A DNA stretch of 64,000 nucleotides, filler included, from Perkinsus olseni (lineage: Eukaryota), in the NCBI GenBank assembly GCA_013115125.1. It is 7 parts of 7 records of this genome, joined end to end, with 100 filler letters (N's around TTAATTAATTAA, not from the genome) between each part and the next. Parts side by side here need not be neighbours in the genome. Positions count along the whole stretch, not along the records: positions 27,829 to 36,992 come from JABANN010000929.1; positions 37,093 to 46,244 come from JABANN010000930.1; positions 46,345 to 55,481 come from JABANN010000931.1; 4 more parts are not named here. One strand, given 5' to 3'. Positions 35,520 to 49,705 of this stretch are shown piece after piece. Each line of letters starts with the position of its first letter. Within the stretch, counting starts at the first letter, position 1. The notes under the pieces were generated by a model that was not told the origin of the DNA, ran no database searches, and was given only the letters and a program-made list of their open reading frames with translations. The position numbers and the translations under genes were made by a program.

Positions 35520-37659
35520 ACACGAAAAACGACGGGTATCCTGTCCTGCTCATCGAAAATGAACGGGTTGCACATCTCACACTGCGTGATACATTTACCC
35601 AGTATTGTCATGTTTGGATTCCTGTGGTCAGGGCGAGCGCGGAGGCGACGAGTCTCGAAGCACAGCGGTGTCCCTTTAACGTCCTCACTGGCGAAGGCGG
35701 CGGCCGGGACGAGGACTTCCGAGGTAGGTCAACTCGCCGCTGGGCTTAGACTGGATGTGTGCGAGGTTATGAACCAACGCCGATTCCGATTCAGTTGGTT
35801 GGTCATATAATACGATGATATCTTAGAATTTTTGCCTGCTGTCGTGCCCACTTGCACCCGAGAAAAGCAGGGAAGTGGTAGCAGTAGCACCCGCAGTGGG
35901 TGCCTCAACATTAGTCGGATTGGTCGTGGGGGGATAAGCTTAACGCTAACAAGCTCTTTTCCTCGTCCGAAGGTCGGTAGTTTGAACAGAGAGTTGCTCC
36001 GCTCTGACCTGCTTGTCCTTCATCAGTAATAGAGCCAGCAACCAGGCAGTAGCCTGCCAACTGTCATCAGCCGAAAGCCACCACGGTTCAGTAGGACACG
36101 AGAGCTGCCCAACTCCATACCCGGTCCGGTCGCCGGTCCTCGTGCCACCGCGATGGTCCATCGCCGATGGACCGCGACCGTTTCATGCCTCAATAATGGG
36201 CGAGCGAGATTTTCTGCGTATGGCGCGCGGACAGGAATACAGGAGGGACGTCCACATGGGCACAGGCCAAGTTTCGAACGCCCTCGCAGCGCTAGCGGTC
36301 TCCGAGATACCTCTTATACGTTGCTCAATCTCTCACATCACAACAGCAGTACCATCTGCAGCCTCGTACCTCACCGTTTGCGTGGAAGCCGAAGCGTCAT
36401 CGTCCGCCCTCGAAATCCCTCACGCGAAGACAAGCGCTGCGTGTAGCGCACACAAAATGTTGTTCCATCCTTGTGTGTCATACGCAGCAGCTCCACGATC
36501 AGGCCTGAGTGAGCACAGGTGTAGCTCAACTGGAAGGCGCGAACGGTTCAGGGACTCCTCCCCTCTACAACGGTCTGTTGCGAGGCTTCATTCACGCACG
36601 CGCGCACATGTCCGATCGAAAGACGCCGAGAATCGTTCCGCACATGCCCCCGAGGGGCTTATTATTGCATCCTCGACAACCAGCGTGGGAGTCCTCCCCT
36701 CGCGAGGCGGCTACGGCTGTCGCCAGATCGATGAGACTTGCCGCTGGTTCGTTGTTGACCCAGATTTCCCGCACATAATCGCTCCTTGTGCATGCGTGCA
36801 CAGCTAGCTGTTTTCTCTGCAAATTAAGCGTAGGGGGGGGGGGGGGGGGGGGGTTTAAAAAAAAAAAACCCCCCCCCCCCCCCCCCCAAACCCCCCCGCG
36901 GGGGGGGCGGCCCGGGGGCCCCCCCCACAAATCCCCCGGCGACGACCGGCTCTAAGGAAAAACCGACCAGAACTACCCCCTTTTTTCTAACCNNNNNNNN
37001 NNNNNNNNNNNNNNNNNNNNNNNNNNNNNNNNNNNNTTAATTAATTAANNNNNNNNNNNNNNNNNNNNNNNNNNNNNNNNNNNNNNNNNNNNAGGCGAGC
37101 GCTTGCTTCGTCTCCGTATTTGCACCACTCTACACTGCGCGGGCTTCGTGTAGTTCGTCATACAATTTGCATCATTTCGTGCCGAGACGCATCATGTATC
37201 CAATGGCGCCTAGCACTTGAGGTTTTAATGTTATGTGGGCTCCGGCGAGCCGACTAGGTATCAGCGGCTCTTGATGCTGATCGTGCTCTCTCCAAAGTTT
37301 TGCTCTAAGGCGACCCAAGACGCTCAGATGATAACCAGATAAGGCCTTGCCATTCGCATAATCCACATGACAGATGAGTCCGTCCGGCCTCTCTCTGCTT
37401 GACCCCGGCCTCTGTTGCTGCCGTGTGGGGAAGTTAGGAGCGGTTCTGTGCTCAGCACGGTGTGCTGATTAACACTGTTTTTCCGTTTGCTATCAACATT
37501 GTTGCTATCGACTGTCTCTTCTGTCGATCGAAGACCCAAGTATGTGTAGCTGGCGCGCTGCCAGCTAGAGGTTGGCGCGCGTACGGCGCGCGCGAAGGCT
37601 CAGGAGACGGTCACGGGTGACGTGACCGGCGGGGGGCGTCTCGCGGAGCGGAGAGATTG

Positions 37660-37681
37660 TCCGTAGCCATCTTGGCTCAAG
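37660..37681 (+). other. Genomic copy of the Perkinsus/dinoflagellate-type spliced leader 22-mer (probable relic SL)
   Basis: TCCGTAGCCATCTTGGCTCAAG matches the Perkinsus SL (A)CCGTAGCCATCTTGGCTCAAG; followed by TCTCAG, not a GT donor. Confidence 0.85.
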
Positions 37682-37848
37682 TCTCAGTATTCCTAATGTC
37701 TGAGTTCACGTCGTCAATTGGGAGTGAAGCGGCTGAGGGGACTCGCTCACCACAGTATGGCCATCCGCAACTTACGCCCAAGATACGCAACAGTCGGATG
37801 TCTATGCATCTCGAATACCCCTCCTTAGTACTCAACACGTCCAGCAAA

Positions 37849-40800
37849 TCATGTCAGTAGGACAATTGAAACGAGAATCAAGGCCATGATGATTATTTCA
37901 TGTACTGTACCACACCCGACGGCCGCCGATCCACCGTCTAACGTTGTTCCCTCGCCGATCGCCACATCGAAGCCGGGAAAGATAAAGGTGGCAATCACGG
38001 AAGGGTCCACATAGCTCTCACACTCCCCATCTGAAATGGCAGGGTGTACTACGAAGAACACTCGACGCCACTGCATCACAGCCGCGCCCTACCCGACTTC
38101 CCTTCACAAAAGCTCAGCCACCAGAAATGAACTTGGGGGTTGGTGTTGGCCACTCGGACGGGGAAGGTGATCGCGTGCCTGCCGGAGGCATTCAAGACAA
38201 CAACAGTGAGTGTCCCACCTCCCTGAGCTCATGGGCAGGTCTCGATCGATGCTCACTGCGAAGGCATGGTCGTCTTGGGTCAGCGCGACGTAGCTTCCAT
38301 TGATGGGCACGAAGCCCTCAAGCTGAATCTGGCAAGGCGACGGGTGGATAGGACCAATGGCTGGATGCCCACCTGCGTGGAGAGGGCCGAGTCTGTTGTG
38401 ATGAGATGACGGAAGCCTTTGGGACAGGTGATGAGAACTCGACTTATCGCGAGATCCGCGGGCACCTCGAATACAGAATCGAAAGACACTCGCAGCCGGG
38501 ACATTCGTATGGAATACCTGAGCCTGTATGTCGAGTGCCAGCGTCACTTGGACAATCCGCCCAGGCTTGGGTTTACCGGACCTAGCGTCGAAGGGACTCT
38601 CATCTGCCATCACACAAGTAACGTGAGGTCCTCAGAGTCTTCGTATTGACCTACTTGCCGGGGCCTCGTCACCTGCCTCGTCCAGTAGCAGCACAGACTC
38701 GGGTAAACTGGCTACGCTATCAGCCGACAAAGCAACGGCTTCCGGACTGACGATCAAACCCCGGACCACTGAAGCAGCAGGGATCTGAGGAAGGGTCAGC
38801 GTGAAGGCGGCCCTGAGCCGGAGCTCGCCCTGACCTGCACCGCAGCGTCCACAACTGCTCCTCGCCGCGATAGAAGATATAACGAGAAGTCTTCCGCCGG
38901 AGATAGACTGGCCATGAGCAGCAGGCCGACGGCGAAGGAGTATGTGCCGGGTAACAGGGTGGTGTTGAGGTATATAACAGCGCTGTTCTGAAGATGAGGT
39001 CTGCCGAGAGGAGTGACCTTCAGATGAGCCTACCGAATCCTGAGGTATCTCGCATATGACACGGCCATTGCCAGCGTTCGCTAGGCTGAGGCCGATGAAG
39101 GACACACATGTCGCTGATGCAGAGGGCGGCAGGTTGACTCGGATCTGACTCGGGGTACGAGGTTGGAGGTTGGGGGTCTTCTTACCATTCCTCCACCGCT
39201 GAGTCTTTGAGTGGTGGTGAACTCAACTCCCAAGGTGGTACTGGCCTGGGCCACCCTAGGATAGTGGAATCGGGCCAAGGACATGGGCGTGTTGTTGAAG
39301 CCAGCGAAGTCCACACCCCAACCAACGACGTCCTCGTCGTCGGTATCGCTGCGGAAAGAGAGGGATCAGATACGTGAACCACTCAGTCTTGGACTGACCT
39401 GCGACGAGAGAGGCCTTGGACGAGCCAGTAGGGCGCTGGGTCGGACAAGGCCTCTGGGCTCGTCACCTGAGGGGGTCCAGGATAGCAGTGGCGCCGCTTT
39501 GTGGCACACCTGCCTTTAACCGAGTGGTTATTCGATCAGCCATTCCGCAGCACGCAAAGTCTGCTAACACAAGCTTTGCTGTTGGCCTTGCTGGCTCATC
39601 GGCATCCGACTCTTCCAAAGGCGCGCAACTGCAGTAGAATCGGAGTCTTTTTGCTGCTCATCGACGCCAGAGAGACCTGATAGCATCCCCTTCACTGGGG
39701 ATCAGCCTCGTCGTCACTCCCGGCACGGCCGTCGACGGGTCGATCTCCTCTAGTTCCTCTTCGAGCGTCGTTATTGTTGCAACGAGGCAGTCACGAGGGA
39801 ATACAAATCCTAAAGTGAGCGTTGAGGTCTCCACTCTGATGATGTTTTCCCGGCTCACCCAGAGGAGCTGTCAATAGCAACTCTCTGGCGGAAGACATCC
39901 TTAGATTGGCGTCCAAGGTGACCTGGGATCAGTGTTGGCTGGAGGCCAGGGTGAGGATTTTACCACAGCCTCGGCGGACGGAGCAGCTCTGGCAGCCTTC
40001 ACCCTCAAGTGGTAGTCGAAGGCCATAACGAAGGAGGTCATCTCTCCATCGTTGCTGTTGCTTGGGTGTCGTGTGATGCTGTACTGGGGCTCATGCGTCC
40101 ACGTCTCGAGCAGCCAACTGCATACCACAACATGAGGGCTTGAATGAATGAACGACCCCACTTATCGCCCTTGCCGGCATCGTACGGGCAAGTGACGTCC
40201 ATGCTGATCACATGGGCTTCATTAGCATGGATAGTTTCTCCCGGCGGCAGTTCGAGTACGACAGGAGGTGGCTCCTGCTCGCCTACAAGCCACCCTGTTG
40301 AGGCAACAGGTGGCCAGGGGCCTACCAGCGGAAGCATTGGAAAAGTCCAATATCCGAGTCTTCAGCTGCCGACCAGATACCGAGGAGATGTTGATGAACT
40401 GGTTGAGGAGGCTGTGAAGAAGGCGTACTTCGATAATGGCCGAGGGAGTCTACCTCGATGCTGATGTTGATGATGATGATGCCATGAGCGTATAGCCCGG
40501 GGAATGGATAACAAGATGGCCACCACCGAACAGCGGCATCGTCAATGAGAATGTCAACTGTACCACAGCCATCTCGCCGCCCTGCTGTACAGGATCATCA
40601 ACGCCGGCACAAGCGTTCATCACTCTGATGGGGAGGGTCGATAGGAATGGATGAGCTCCCCCTGCATGGTGGTTGTGGTCGTGCTCGGTCGATATGCTCT
40701 TGTCGATGACTTCCAACTGAAGAGGCAGCGTACCGCTCCTCCAACGCCTCCTCACGAGGCATGGGCCGTGGTCACGCTCGTAGTCCCCTCACTGACAGTA

Positions 40801-43800
40801 TCATCGCATCAGCAGCTTACCCGGCCCGGCAGCGAGAAGCCATTGACAGTAATGGAGTCCTGCAAGGCTCCTGTGTAGAAGGTCCGTAGCTCCCATCGGG
40901 TGAGGCCACCCGGGTACCCCAGGACGATATCTCGCAGGCGGATTGAAACACGGTGCTCTGAGATGTATCCCTCCAATGAGGAGATCGACGACCCCCCCAT
41001 CACCCCCAGTTGGGTCCCCTCCTGAGGAGGCTACGAAGGCTCCCAGCACCTTCACAGTGCTTGTCGTGGCCTCGAGGACCACATGTCCAACGCTTGATGG
41101 GAGGGCCGGCGACAGATCAAAGTTGCCCGGGTGGAGTACCTTGCACGACAGCAAAGTCCTCAGATTGACGTAGCCTAGCTTACCGTGAGCTCAATAAGGT
41201 CGGCCGTCGAGGTAGGCACGAACGATACGACAATCTCTGTCATCGTACGGCTGCCGGCGCTGATGGCCCTCCCTGAACAGAGTGCTGCCATCGCACTGGT
41301 TGGCGCCTTCCCCAACCCGTGAGGTCCACTGTTGCTGACTGAAATGATGGTATCACTTGCCACCCTTGCACAGCTCGGGACGCTTCCAGGACACCTGCAG
41401 GGCATCCTACATCCCTGTCAAGTGCCGTAGTGACTTCTACCATTGGGCAGCCTATGCTCGACTATCCAGAAGTTAGCTTCGGGCGGAGGGGTCTCAGACG
41501 GGTTAGTGACGTTCAAAAAAAACTTCATCTCGCTCACGCAGACGCCGGAAGGCTGCAGACAACAACGCTTATCGTGGCGAAGAATGGTGAAGATCCCTCG
41601 ACGCCCTCAGCTCGATTGTTTGGCGCTGCTCGTCGTACTTGTATGGCGCAGTTGTAGCGCTCCTGCAAGTGCCAAGTCATGACGTTCCCATCACACTCCA
41701 CAACAACGGACTGTGGCGGACGACTCGACAGGTCCCATGCAAAAGCATGGCAGGCTCGGTCGCCACTAACAGCAGCCCCCTGGCATCAACAACAACAATG
41801 GCAGGGGACTGTTGGACGACCAGTAACCCCACCGGGGCCTACCAACACGAAGGTTGATGGTGCAACGAGACGAATGGCGTCCCCCGGCTCGAGGGCACTT
41901 CGCAGCGCTACGAGGAATCGGACGTCGCCGACCTCCTTGCCGCCGTACTGGTAGAAAAGCAGAGTAATTCGGCAGCGTTCGACGGAGACGCCCACCTCTT
42001 CGGCGTCTGGCCTTTCCTTTTCGATAATGAATCGGTGGAAATCCTGAGTGATTGGGAAGCCCGGGGCCGAGCCAGCGTCGAGTAGTGCATCCTCAGTGTT
42101 GAGAAAATCCGGGTTCTGTTGGTAGTTGGAGAACCTGCCTTCTAGTGGCCTCCGGTTGAGGCCGCCCCTTGGTGCTCACGCATTGCCGTATGTCTCGATA
42201 CGCCATGGCCGAGCTTGGTCGCTCACCCGCTGAGGATTGTAAACAGCAGCCACAGCCCGATAGAGGACACCACTGCGAATGGACTGAAGGGGCTTACTAG
42301 GGGTGGTAGCGATCATAGCCGTACCCACCTTCTTAGTGGTGATGATATTAATATTGGCTATATATTTTGCATCCTCTTCTACGATACAAGTGAAGTCATT
42401 GGAACCCCAGGAGGTGGTGAGTCCTCGAGAGTCAGCATCGATTTGCCTCAGCGTCAGGTCACATTCAAAAGTACTTCGGAAGAACTCAAAGGACCCGTCT
42501 TCTGTGCCATCGCCGGGAGCTAGGATCCTTATCCTCTCACCGGCCTTCACAGGGTGATAGGTCTTGAAGTCAATAGTAACGTAATTGATGCCAGTCGTCG
42601 TCTGAGTCAGGGAGGCCGGCACGAACCGGACTGTCTGGCTCGGAGTGATCGAAACGTCCGAGACCAGCCAAAGCCTGAAGGCTGGGATCGGGGCACTGCC
42701 CTCACCGGCGTAGATGATGGACCAGGATGCATCGTCTGGTGACTCCTCGAGAGCATTACGCACCCTCACTGCGAAGGCATAGGTCACACCGGCCTTCAAC
42801 CCGCCCGGTAGGCTCATCCTTGCCGAATTATCGACGCTCATACAGGTCGTGGGTTCGATCCCTGGCTCGAACTCCCTCTCACTGCCCCCTACATCAGGAG
42901 CCATAAATTCCTTCAACTTGATGATGACATCAGGCAGGCAATCCTGTTCGAAGACAGTTCCCGGAGGAGCCCTGATGGTCATATCAGCCGACTCAGTGAC
43001 TTCCTTCCGCATGCGGAACGAGAAGGCCACCACATTGGAGTACCCCGGCCTGTCATCCCTCCCAATAGTGTTCGATATGATAGCAGCGGAGCCGATCTCA
43101 TCGTAGGTGTCGAAGGAGGCCACTACGGCCTCCTTCTCGGCCATGTTGCGCCAGTCGCTGCCGCTGGCCTCGGTATCAAGCAACGACCGCAGAGTCCAGC
43201 ACTCGGCCATGCCACAGGCAGTGGTGGTGACAGTATTTTGGAATATATCCGCTGGGTTGAGGAAGTCCAATACGATCTTGTTGGGCCCAGCAGGGATGAC
43301 CGACGTGGTCGGACGAATGCTCAGAGACAGTCTTGCAGCGGGAGGGCCGACTTCGACGTCCTCTTCCTCGTTCACCAGATAAGAGATCTGAGAGCATGGA
43401 CGAAGCAGCAGCAGCAGCAGCCGAAAACGGCCTTCAGTTCATCTCACCCGACAATCGAGTTGCGCGACCATTCCCCTTGGCACGCATGCTGCTGCCAGCT
43501 TGAAGCCATTGGGGGCCTCAATGACCAAACCTGCCTGAGTACCGCTAGGGATGGGGGAAGACAGGACAAAGAAGAGGGAAATGGTATTGACCTGAAGGGC
43601 CACAAGTCTCGAATGACCTCAATAGGGTATCACCTACCTTGGCAATGACACTGGTAGTGAAACTGAGTCGCAGGCTGGTGATGACTCGAACCAGGGGAGC
43701 CTTGATCACCTGGCCGTAGTGCCTTCTGTTCAATCTATTAACGCTGATAGACGTCTCCAAGTAGAAGACATTACCGCCAGAAGCTGATACGAAGTCGGGG

Positions 43801-46244
43801 AACTGAGCAGGAGTAGTAGCAGAATGTGTTTAACTTCGAGATACCTCAATCGTGCAGGAGAAACCGTACTCTTCACGCTCGATGTACTCATCTTCGTGTA
43901 GGTACAGCTGAAGGAAGGAGATTGAAGGGGGGCATCAGCGATCATGAGAGTGGATGATGCATGATAATTTCAAGATGGCCGTGATTTACCAACCAGTGAG
44001 TATCATCACCTGGGATCCCTCGCCCAGGATTAAGAAGTCCGACCGAGGCATCGGCCGTGTGCTGCCGTTGACGGTGACTGTGAAGGAGTCTGAGGCAAAC
44101 CTGACAGATCACAGGTAGCCAAAAAGGGCCCGACTGGTGGACTTACTCGAAGTCCGCTGGGGCAGTGAGTCTGATGTCTGTAACAGTGGTTCTTTCGAAT
44201 ACTAGAGGGAACACCACCACCTCGGAAGCCATAGCCGTTACTGCGTACGGCAGATGGGGAGGGGATACCGCTATGTCAAAGGCCTGCTAAGCACGGTGGT
44301 GTTGATGAGCCCAAGGGGCGACTAGAGTGCTGTCAAGATGGCAGCAGGCCGGGTGCCCCCCCCCCCTGACCTTCCCCAGCTCAGCATTGTAGACATCATA
44401 AATGAGAGTTCGTCCGGCCACTGATCCCATGGTCTCCCCCCGGGCATTCATCTTCATAGCACTCGGGCCGTAGGTCCCATCGACCAAGGCCTTGGTGGCC
44501 AATGCAGTATGCAACTGAAGGGTGGGGTGGGTAGCTCCGGGGAGGGACTTCCCTCCCAGTCCCACTTGCCAGTAGTTGCTGCCCCAGTCTGAGTTGAGGG
44601 TATCAGGGTTCGTCAGCCACAATGAGAATGCGTATCTTTGATCTGGTAGAAGCCGATGGTGCATCTGACGGAGCGTCTTTAGGAGGGCCCGAGGTCCTCG
44701 CAGTCGGCCGATGCCACCTTCAAGACGGCCTGATTATCCGTGGGGGTGGTGCACTCTATCACAGCGGGCAGGGGGAGGGTTCCGCCACCTTGACGGAAGT
44801 GAGCCGGGTTCGGTTCCCCGAGCATGCATTTCTCTCCATCCTAATTGAGCGGTCATCCTTCCAGCTGCAGTAGTGCACTCACGTGACTCAAGGAGTATCC
44901 CATCCCATCCGGCGCCGTGACGATGATGTAGCCGTCCGGGCCATTGCTGAGGTCAGTCTTGAAGAAAAACACCATCTCGTGACGGGCGGAGCGAAGCAAG
45001 CTTCCTGAGATACCGTTCCTCAAGAGCAGCCTTGGGTCCGACAGACAGCTGCCACTTATGTGATGGTACCGTCCATATTTCGCTCCTTGGAAGGCGACGA
45101 ATATGCACACTAAGTTAAGAGCAGATGTTCTCACCAGGGCTGGCAACAACGTCGGTGAGTATTCCCATCACACCAACATTCCTCAGCCTCATGCCGCCCC
45201 CGTCAGTGAATGGGAAGGGTGGGAACTCCATGGTCTGAGCCACCGTCGACTGAACCGTCCAGTCTGGTACTCTGACCTCGGTATTTCGATCTCGGATGCT
45301 CATCTTCGCCAGCCACGTGTTGGCTGCATCGGTGATGGGCAGGGCCCTGGAGGGGTTGTCAACTCGCAACTTGAAGTAAAAATGACTTCCCGCAGGGATG
45401 ATTTCACCTGTGACGGGCCTTCATCGCGTCAAGGCACCCAACTTCATACCCGGTTCCAGGGTATAAGCACAGACATTATCCTCCACACACGTCCACTGTC
45501 TGCCACCGACATCAACCAGGGTTCCTCGACCCTGCGGGCTGGACCCCAGGAACTGGGCAGTTTCTGGTATGGGCTCTACCTGAGGGCGAGACCATTAGAA
45601 CAGTGGTGCTGGGTGTAGCGCTGACTTCCAAGCAGGTGTAACCCTCAGGCAGCTGTATAGTGATGGACGGGTATGAGCTCAGTGCTTGGTAAGGTCTGTG
45701 CAGAGTCGCCATGAAGGACAACTGAGTGGCGGAGAGAGGCAGTACGGACGATGATATCCTATTCACCCGAGCCCCAATCAGAACGGAAGATTCCGGGAAG
45801 TTGGCAGCAACAGCAGGCTCTTACCTGGATGTAGAGTACGTTGCTGTGTTCTCCCTTAAAAGGGCGCGCGTCAACAACTCCACTATCATCTCTGACAATA
45901 TGGGCACCACCCCACTGCTTGCCTGCTGGGGGCCTCTTATACCTGAAGTGTTCAGGGCCCACTACAGTCAGGAAGATTGCTAGATGTGACGAGCGAAACG
46001 AGTGAACGCCCTTGCCGTGGGAGCCGGCTCCTTCAAAGACAGTGCCCCTCGGCCATTCACAGCGAGTTGGATGAGACAGACAAGACGACCGCTAGCTTCA
46101 TGATGCTTACTGTAGTCCTCCCTCCACCAGAGTGTAGTGTGGGTAGGTGTCTTCGCTGTTGGTGAGCTCAACTCCGCCCAACCTCATAGGGAACCAGCCG
46201 ACCTCATCCACTGGTAGTGGCAACGCCTTTATTGCCAGTGTATA
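37849..46244 (-). CDS. Very large multi-exon beta-rich extracellular/surface protein with probable C-terminal membrane anchor; 5' truncated
   Basis: Many minus-strand exons with repeated motifs (ITIQLPEGY, IRILAPG, YAFAVRVRN, WRIETY, WLLETW, YIIVTAPDG), including the 399-aa ORF 42176-43375; hydrophobic IIIMALILVSIVLL at the far end. Confidence 0.55.
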
Positions 46245-46416
46245 NNNNNNNNNNNNNNNNNNNNNNNNNNNNNNNNNNNNNNNNNNNNTTAATTAATTAA
46301 NNNNNNNNNNNNNNNNNNNNNNNNNNNNNNNNNNNNNNNNNNNNGTGGAAATCTACTCTGGGCGAAGTGAAATCGAAACCTTGACGCACGATTGCTGCCC
46401 TCTTATCATAGTATAG

Positions 46417-46456
46417 ACTAGCAGAACCCGTCGCTTCGCTCCGGGGTTCTCTAGCT
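46417..46456 (-). mobile_element. Helitron-like 3' terminus (hairpin + CTAG|T)
   Basis: Minus strand gaaccccggagcgaagcgacgggttctgCTAG followed by T. Confidence 0.55.
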
Positions 46457-47499
46457 CTTAGTCAGAGGCACCACGTCCTTCGCTACGCTCGGGGAAGAGC
46501 TAGGATTCATAGGGAACTCACTTTTACCTACACTTTTTACAGTGGAGTATACAGTATCAATCTAGCGTTATTTCGGACGTGTTCTATGGTTCGCTCACGT
46601 TCGGAGTATATGCAGCGTGTAAGAGAATCAAAAGTAATGTTCATCCTGGGTAGTTGAGTATTTGATAGAAGTTAGGTTAGCACAAGGGTCGTTACAGAGT
46701 AGCGAGGATTGGTTTCAGAAGTTGATATTGCGCATGATGAAACGGGTACATAGAGATGAACATTGGAGTCTCCAACTGAATCTCCAATTGGGAGATGAAT
46801 GTTGGTGTTGATAAAAAAACGAGATCTAAGAATATGTTATAAATTAGACAGTCAACTTTCATCTTTCTGAAGGCGAAAATTAGAGTAGAGGAGTAGTATA
46901 GAGGCAATGGTAGGACGTGTAGTAGAAGGCTGCAAGAGAAATGATGAGTTTGTACACTAACGTAGCAGATTGGTACATCTGCGGTAGTAGGAGGTATGTA
47001 GAAGATTGTAGTACTTCAAGGCAGAATAGCTGGTGACCAGCTAAGCTGGATCAAAATTGAAAGGTGTAAGACATGCTCGCCGGCATTACTGAAGTAACTG
47101 AAGGAAGCGAAGGGTTTAGGTATCGACAAGAATTAACGCAATGAGATCCTCATCGGATTTGGCTAATGAGACATATATATAACTTATAGCATATACGTCG
47201 TGGTGTCCGTAGACGAGACTCATGAGAGTCTATCACGAGTCGTGATTACATTACAAGGAGAATGATATCGTGGGCCGCAAAAAATAGAGGTAGTACCTCT
47301 GAGGTACACAAAGAGAGAGAGAGATAGATAGACACCAGGGTCTAATGAATAAAATTAGCTGGAGACGAATCAGGCTGAGCGGGTATGAAATACTCTGCAA
47401 GCCCGAGGAAGTGGTGGAGGAAGTCCAAACCGCTTGGAGGAGCCACATCGGGAGACCTCATGGAGCAGTCCATGCGCATCCAGTGAAGCGATGGGCTAT

Positions 47500-48400
47500 C
47501 TTACCTAACGGGCGGGCTTTCTTCGCAGGGGCCGCATAGACCCCCTGTCAGATGTCCCGACAGCGCTATACCTTGCTTCTTAATGATCTGTCCCACCACG
47601 TTGTGGTGACCACTTTTACGTCAGTACTTCTGACTCGCCTTCAAATCCTACAAAATCTCTCTATTAGAGCTTACCAATCAGAGGAGTATGCTAAGCTAGC
47701 ACTTAACGAATCCGGCCGATCACCATGTGTAGTGAAATTCCATCCCACCCCGAAGTATCCTCAGGTCTTTTCTTGCGTTCAACCATTGCAACCGAGCCTA
47801 GTAAGCGTGATTCGCAGGATTCGGGCTGCCCAGAGACGTGTGTGATTCCACGTGAGCTTGTAGCAGGACGACCCTAGCATTTTGCCATCCGATATAACAG
47901 CTCCGAGTCGGAGCCTCCGGGAGAGTGTAAATCACACTGCGTAACATATGCTACGCTGGCCGTGGTCGTCAGCGTGGTCGTCGATCGCATTCGGATAACC
48001 ATGAACAGTATTACCAGTTCCATCCGAATTTTGACACTTTGCTCCTCTCCCAGCCGGCCCTAATAGGGCCTGAGAATCCTGCTACCCTTCACTCAACGGG
48101 AATTGTGCTACGATATCTCAGGCCTCCTGTCCAAACATTCATCACATGGACTTGCATCTGAGGTACTACTGCCAAGCTGTTACACTGCCAATACTACTAA
48201 CATGCCAATACTATGAACAGCTGCCAACTGTTGCACTGCAACAGTGGGCTCGAAGAACTGTTCTCTTTGGGCAACCAACCTGTCCCTCGAAGATGCCCTA
48301 CCAAACTCCCAGTTTAGACAGCTGTTTCGGATGAGAGATGAAACTGATGATACGCCCAATACGCTTACCGCTATGAACTTCTTTGTAGTTTACATCCGGG
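47500..48400 (-). pseudogene. Possible highly decayed non-LTR retrotransposon reverse transcriptase
   Basis: Weak motif relics in the expected order (LLGP, HADD near 47970, YFGV near 47755) with many stops; gene-poor region. Confidence 0.25.
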
Positions 48401-49705
48401 ACCCGGATTCCGGGTGAATGAAACTTTACTTACCGCGGGACCGAGGAGAATATAATTATGAACAGTTCATATGAACTTCGAGCACGGTACAGCCGAGATA
48501 GTTACCGAAGCCGCATTCCGCCGGTACTCAGTGGAGTCGATACTAACATCATTTTACTTGCGTGCCCCACAATGGAACGTAAATTACAATGTGTGAACAA
48601 CAGGAGAGGAAAGATTTCCCTAATCCGACGATTGCACGATTGACAGCGTCTGCTACCAATGTCTGGGATTCCCAGACTGGGAAGAGAGTTCACAAGCGTA
48701 GCTCGATCATTTCACCTCAAGCCAAGGTCTTCAACCGTCCACCCAGTTACGTCCCTCAACTTTTCCGGGAGCGAACTCGCTCGTCTCCATTTGAAAGCTC
48801 ATAATACGGGTAGCGCGATATGGTGGCGTTGCCACAAGTAGAATAGGCTCAACTTGAGCCGCTCAAGTTGAGCCGCTCGACCGTGGGACGGTTGATTTGA
48901 AAGGAGCCGAACAAGAACAGGAAAAACTCCTACAACTGAAGAGCGAAATCGCGTAATACCATCTCGTGACGTTGAAACACGGAGTAAATCGGCGCATGTT
49001 AGGAAGAAGCTGTATTTCTATCCACATCTACCGGTAAGCGTAAGTCTTACTTCTCACTATAGGTGTAGAAGAATTTTAAGAGTAGGTTTAGTACGTATGC
49101 TTGGGCAGACTCAACCAGCGGGAGGGATATGCTTCTGAACGGAAATAACATTTCGCGACGTTTTAACACCTGGTACATCGGCGCACATCTGTGAGGGGCG
49201 ATAACTATGTCCACATCACATCATACCGCGCCTGCGAAGTGTCTACGCATAGTCCTGCTCCGCAGGAAGTACGGCAAACTCTATGCACAGAGACAAACGA
49301 GAACATGAAGAATTTGTTAGCGATGTAAGATATTGAGCAGCATAATCCTTGGTAAGAAAATTACTCGGACATTTTTTCTGTGACGGTTTAACCCAATTAA
49401 TCAACGTGAATCGATCACACTATGAAAGTGCTATTACCAGGAGCAGGGAGAGTTTGGAACGTATCTCTAAGTAATGCGGTAGCAGAAGTAGAGCTGTACA
49501 ATATGGAAAAAAATCCGGGAGCAAACTTCGAAAAATACGGCGGGAATTCGATTCTTCGCGCACGATGTATGTTCTTCTATTATAAGTAGTAGAGATTGCT
49601 TACCCCTTTTGCTTTCCTCCCTCAGAGAAACTCTACTCATGTCCTCTCCAAGCGAACGTTGATGACTTCAAGCTGACGCAGCATTGTAGAGTTACGTTAA
49701 AGAGA

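Noticed and set aside
36833-36925. Long G/A/C homopolymer block (possible G-quadruplex)
   Set aside because: Typical of degraded read quality at a contig end
38632-40460. Possible retroelement inserted in the large minus-strand gene
   Set aside because: Peptides carry the same beta-rich repeat motifs as the host gene and no gag/RT motifs
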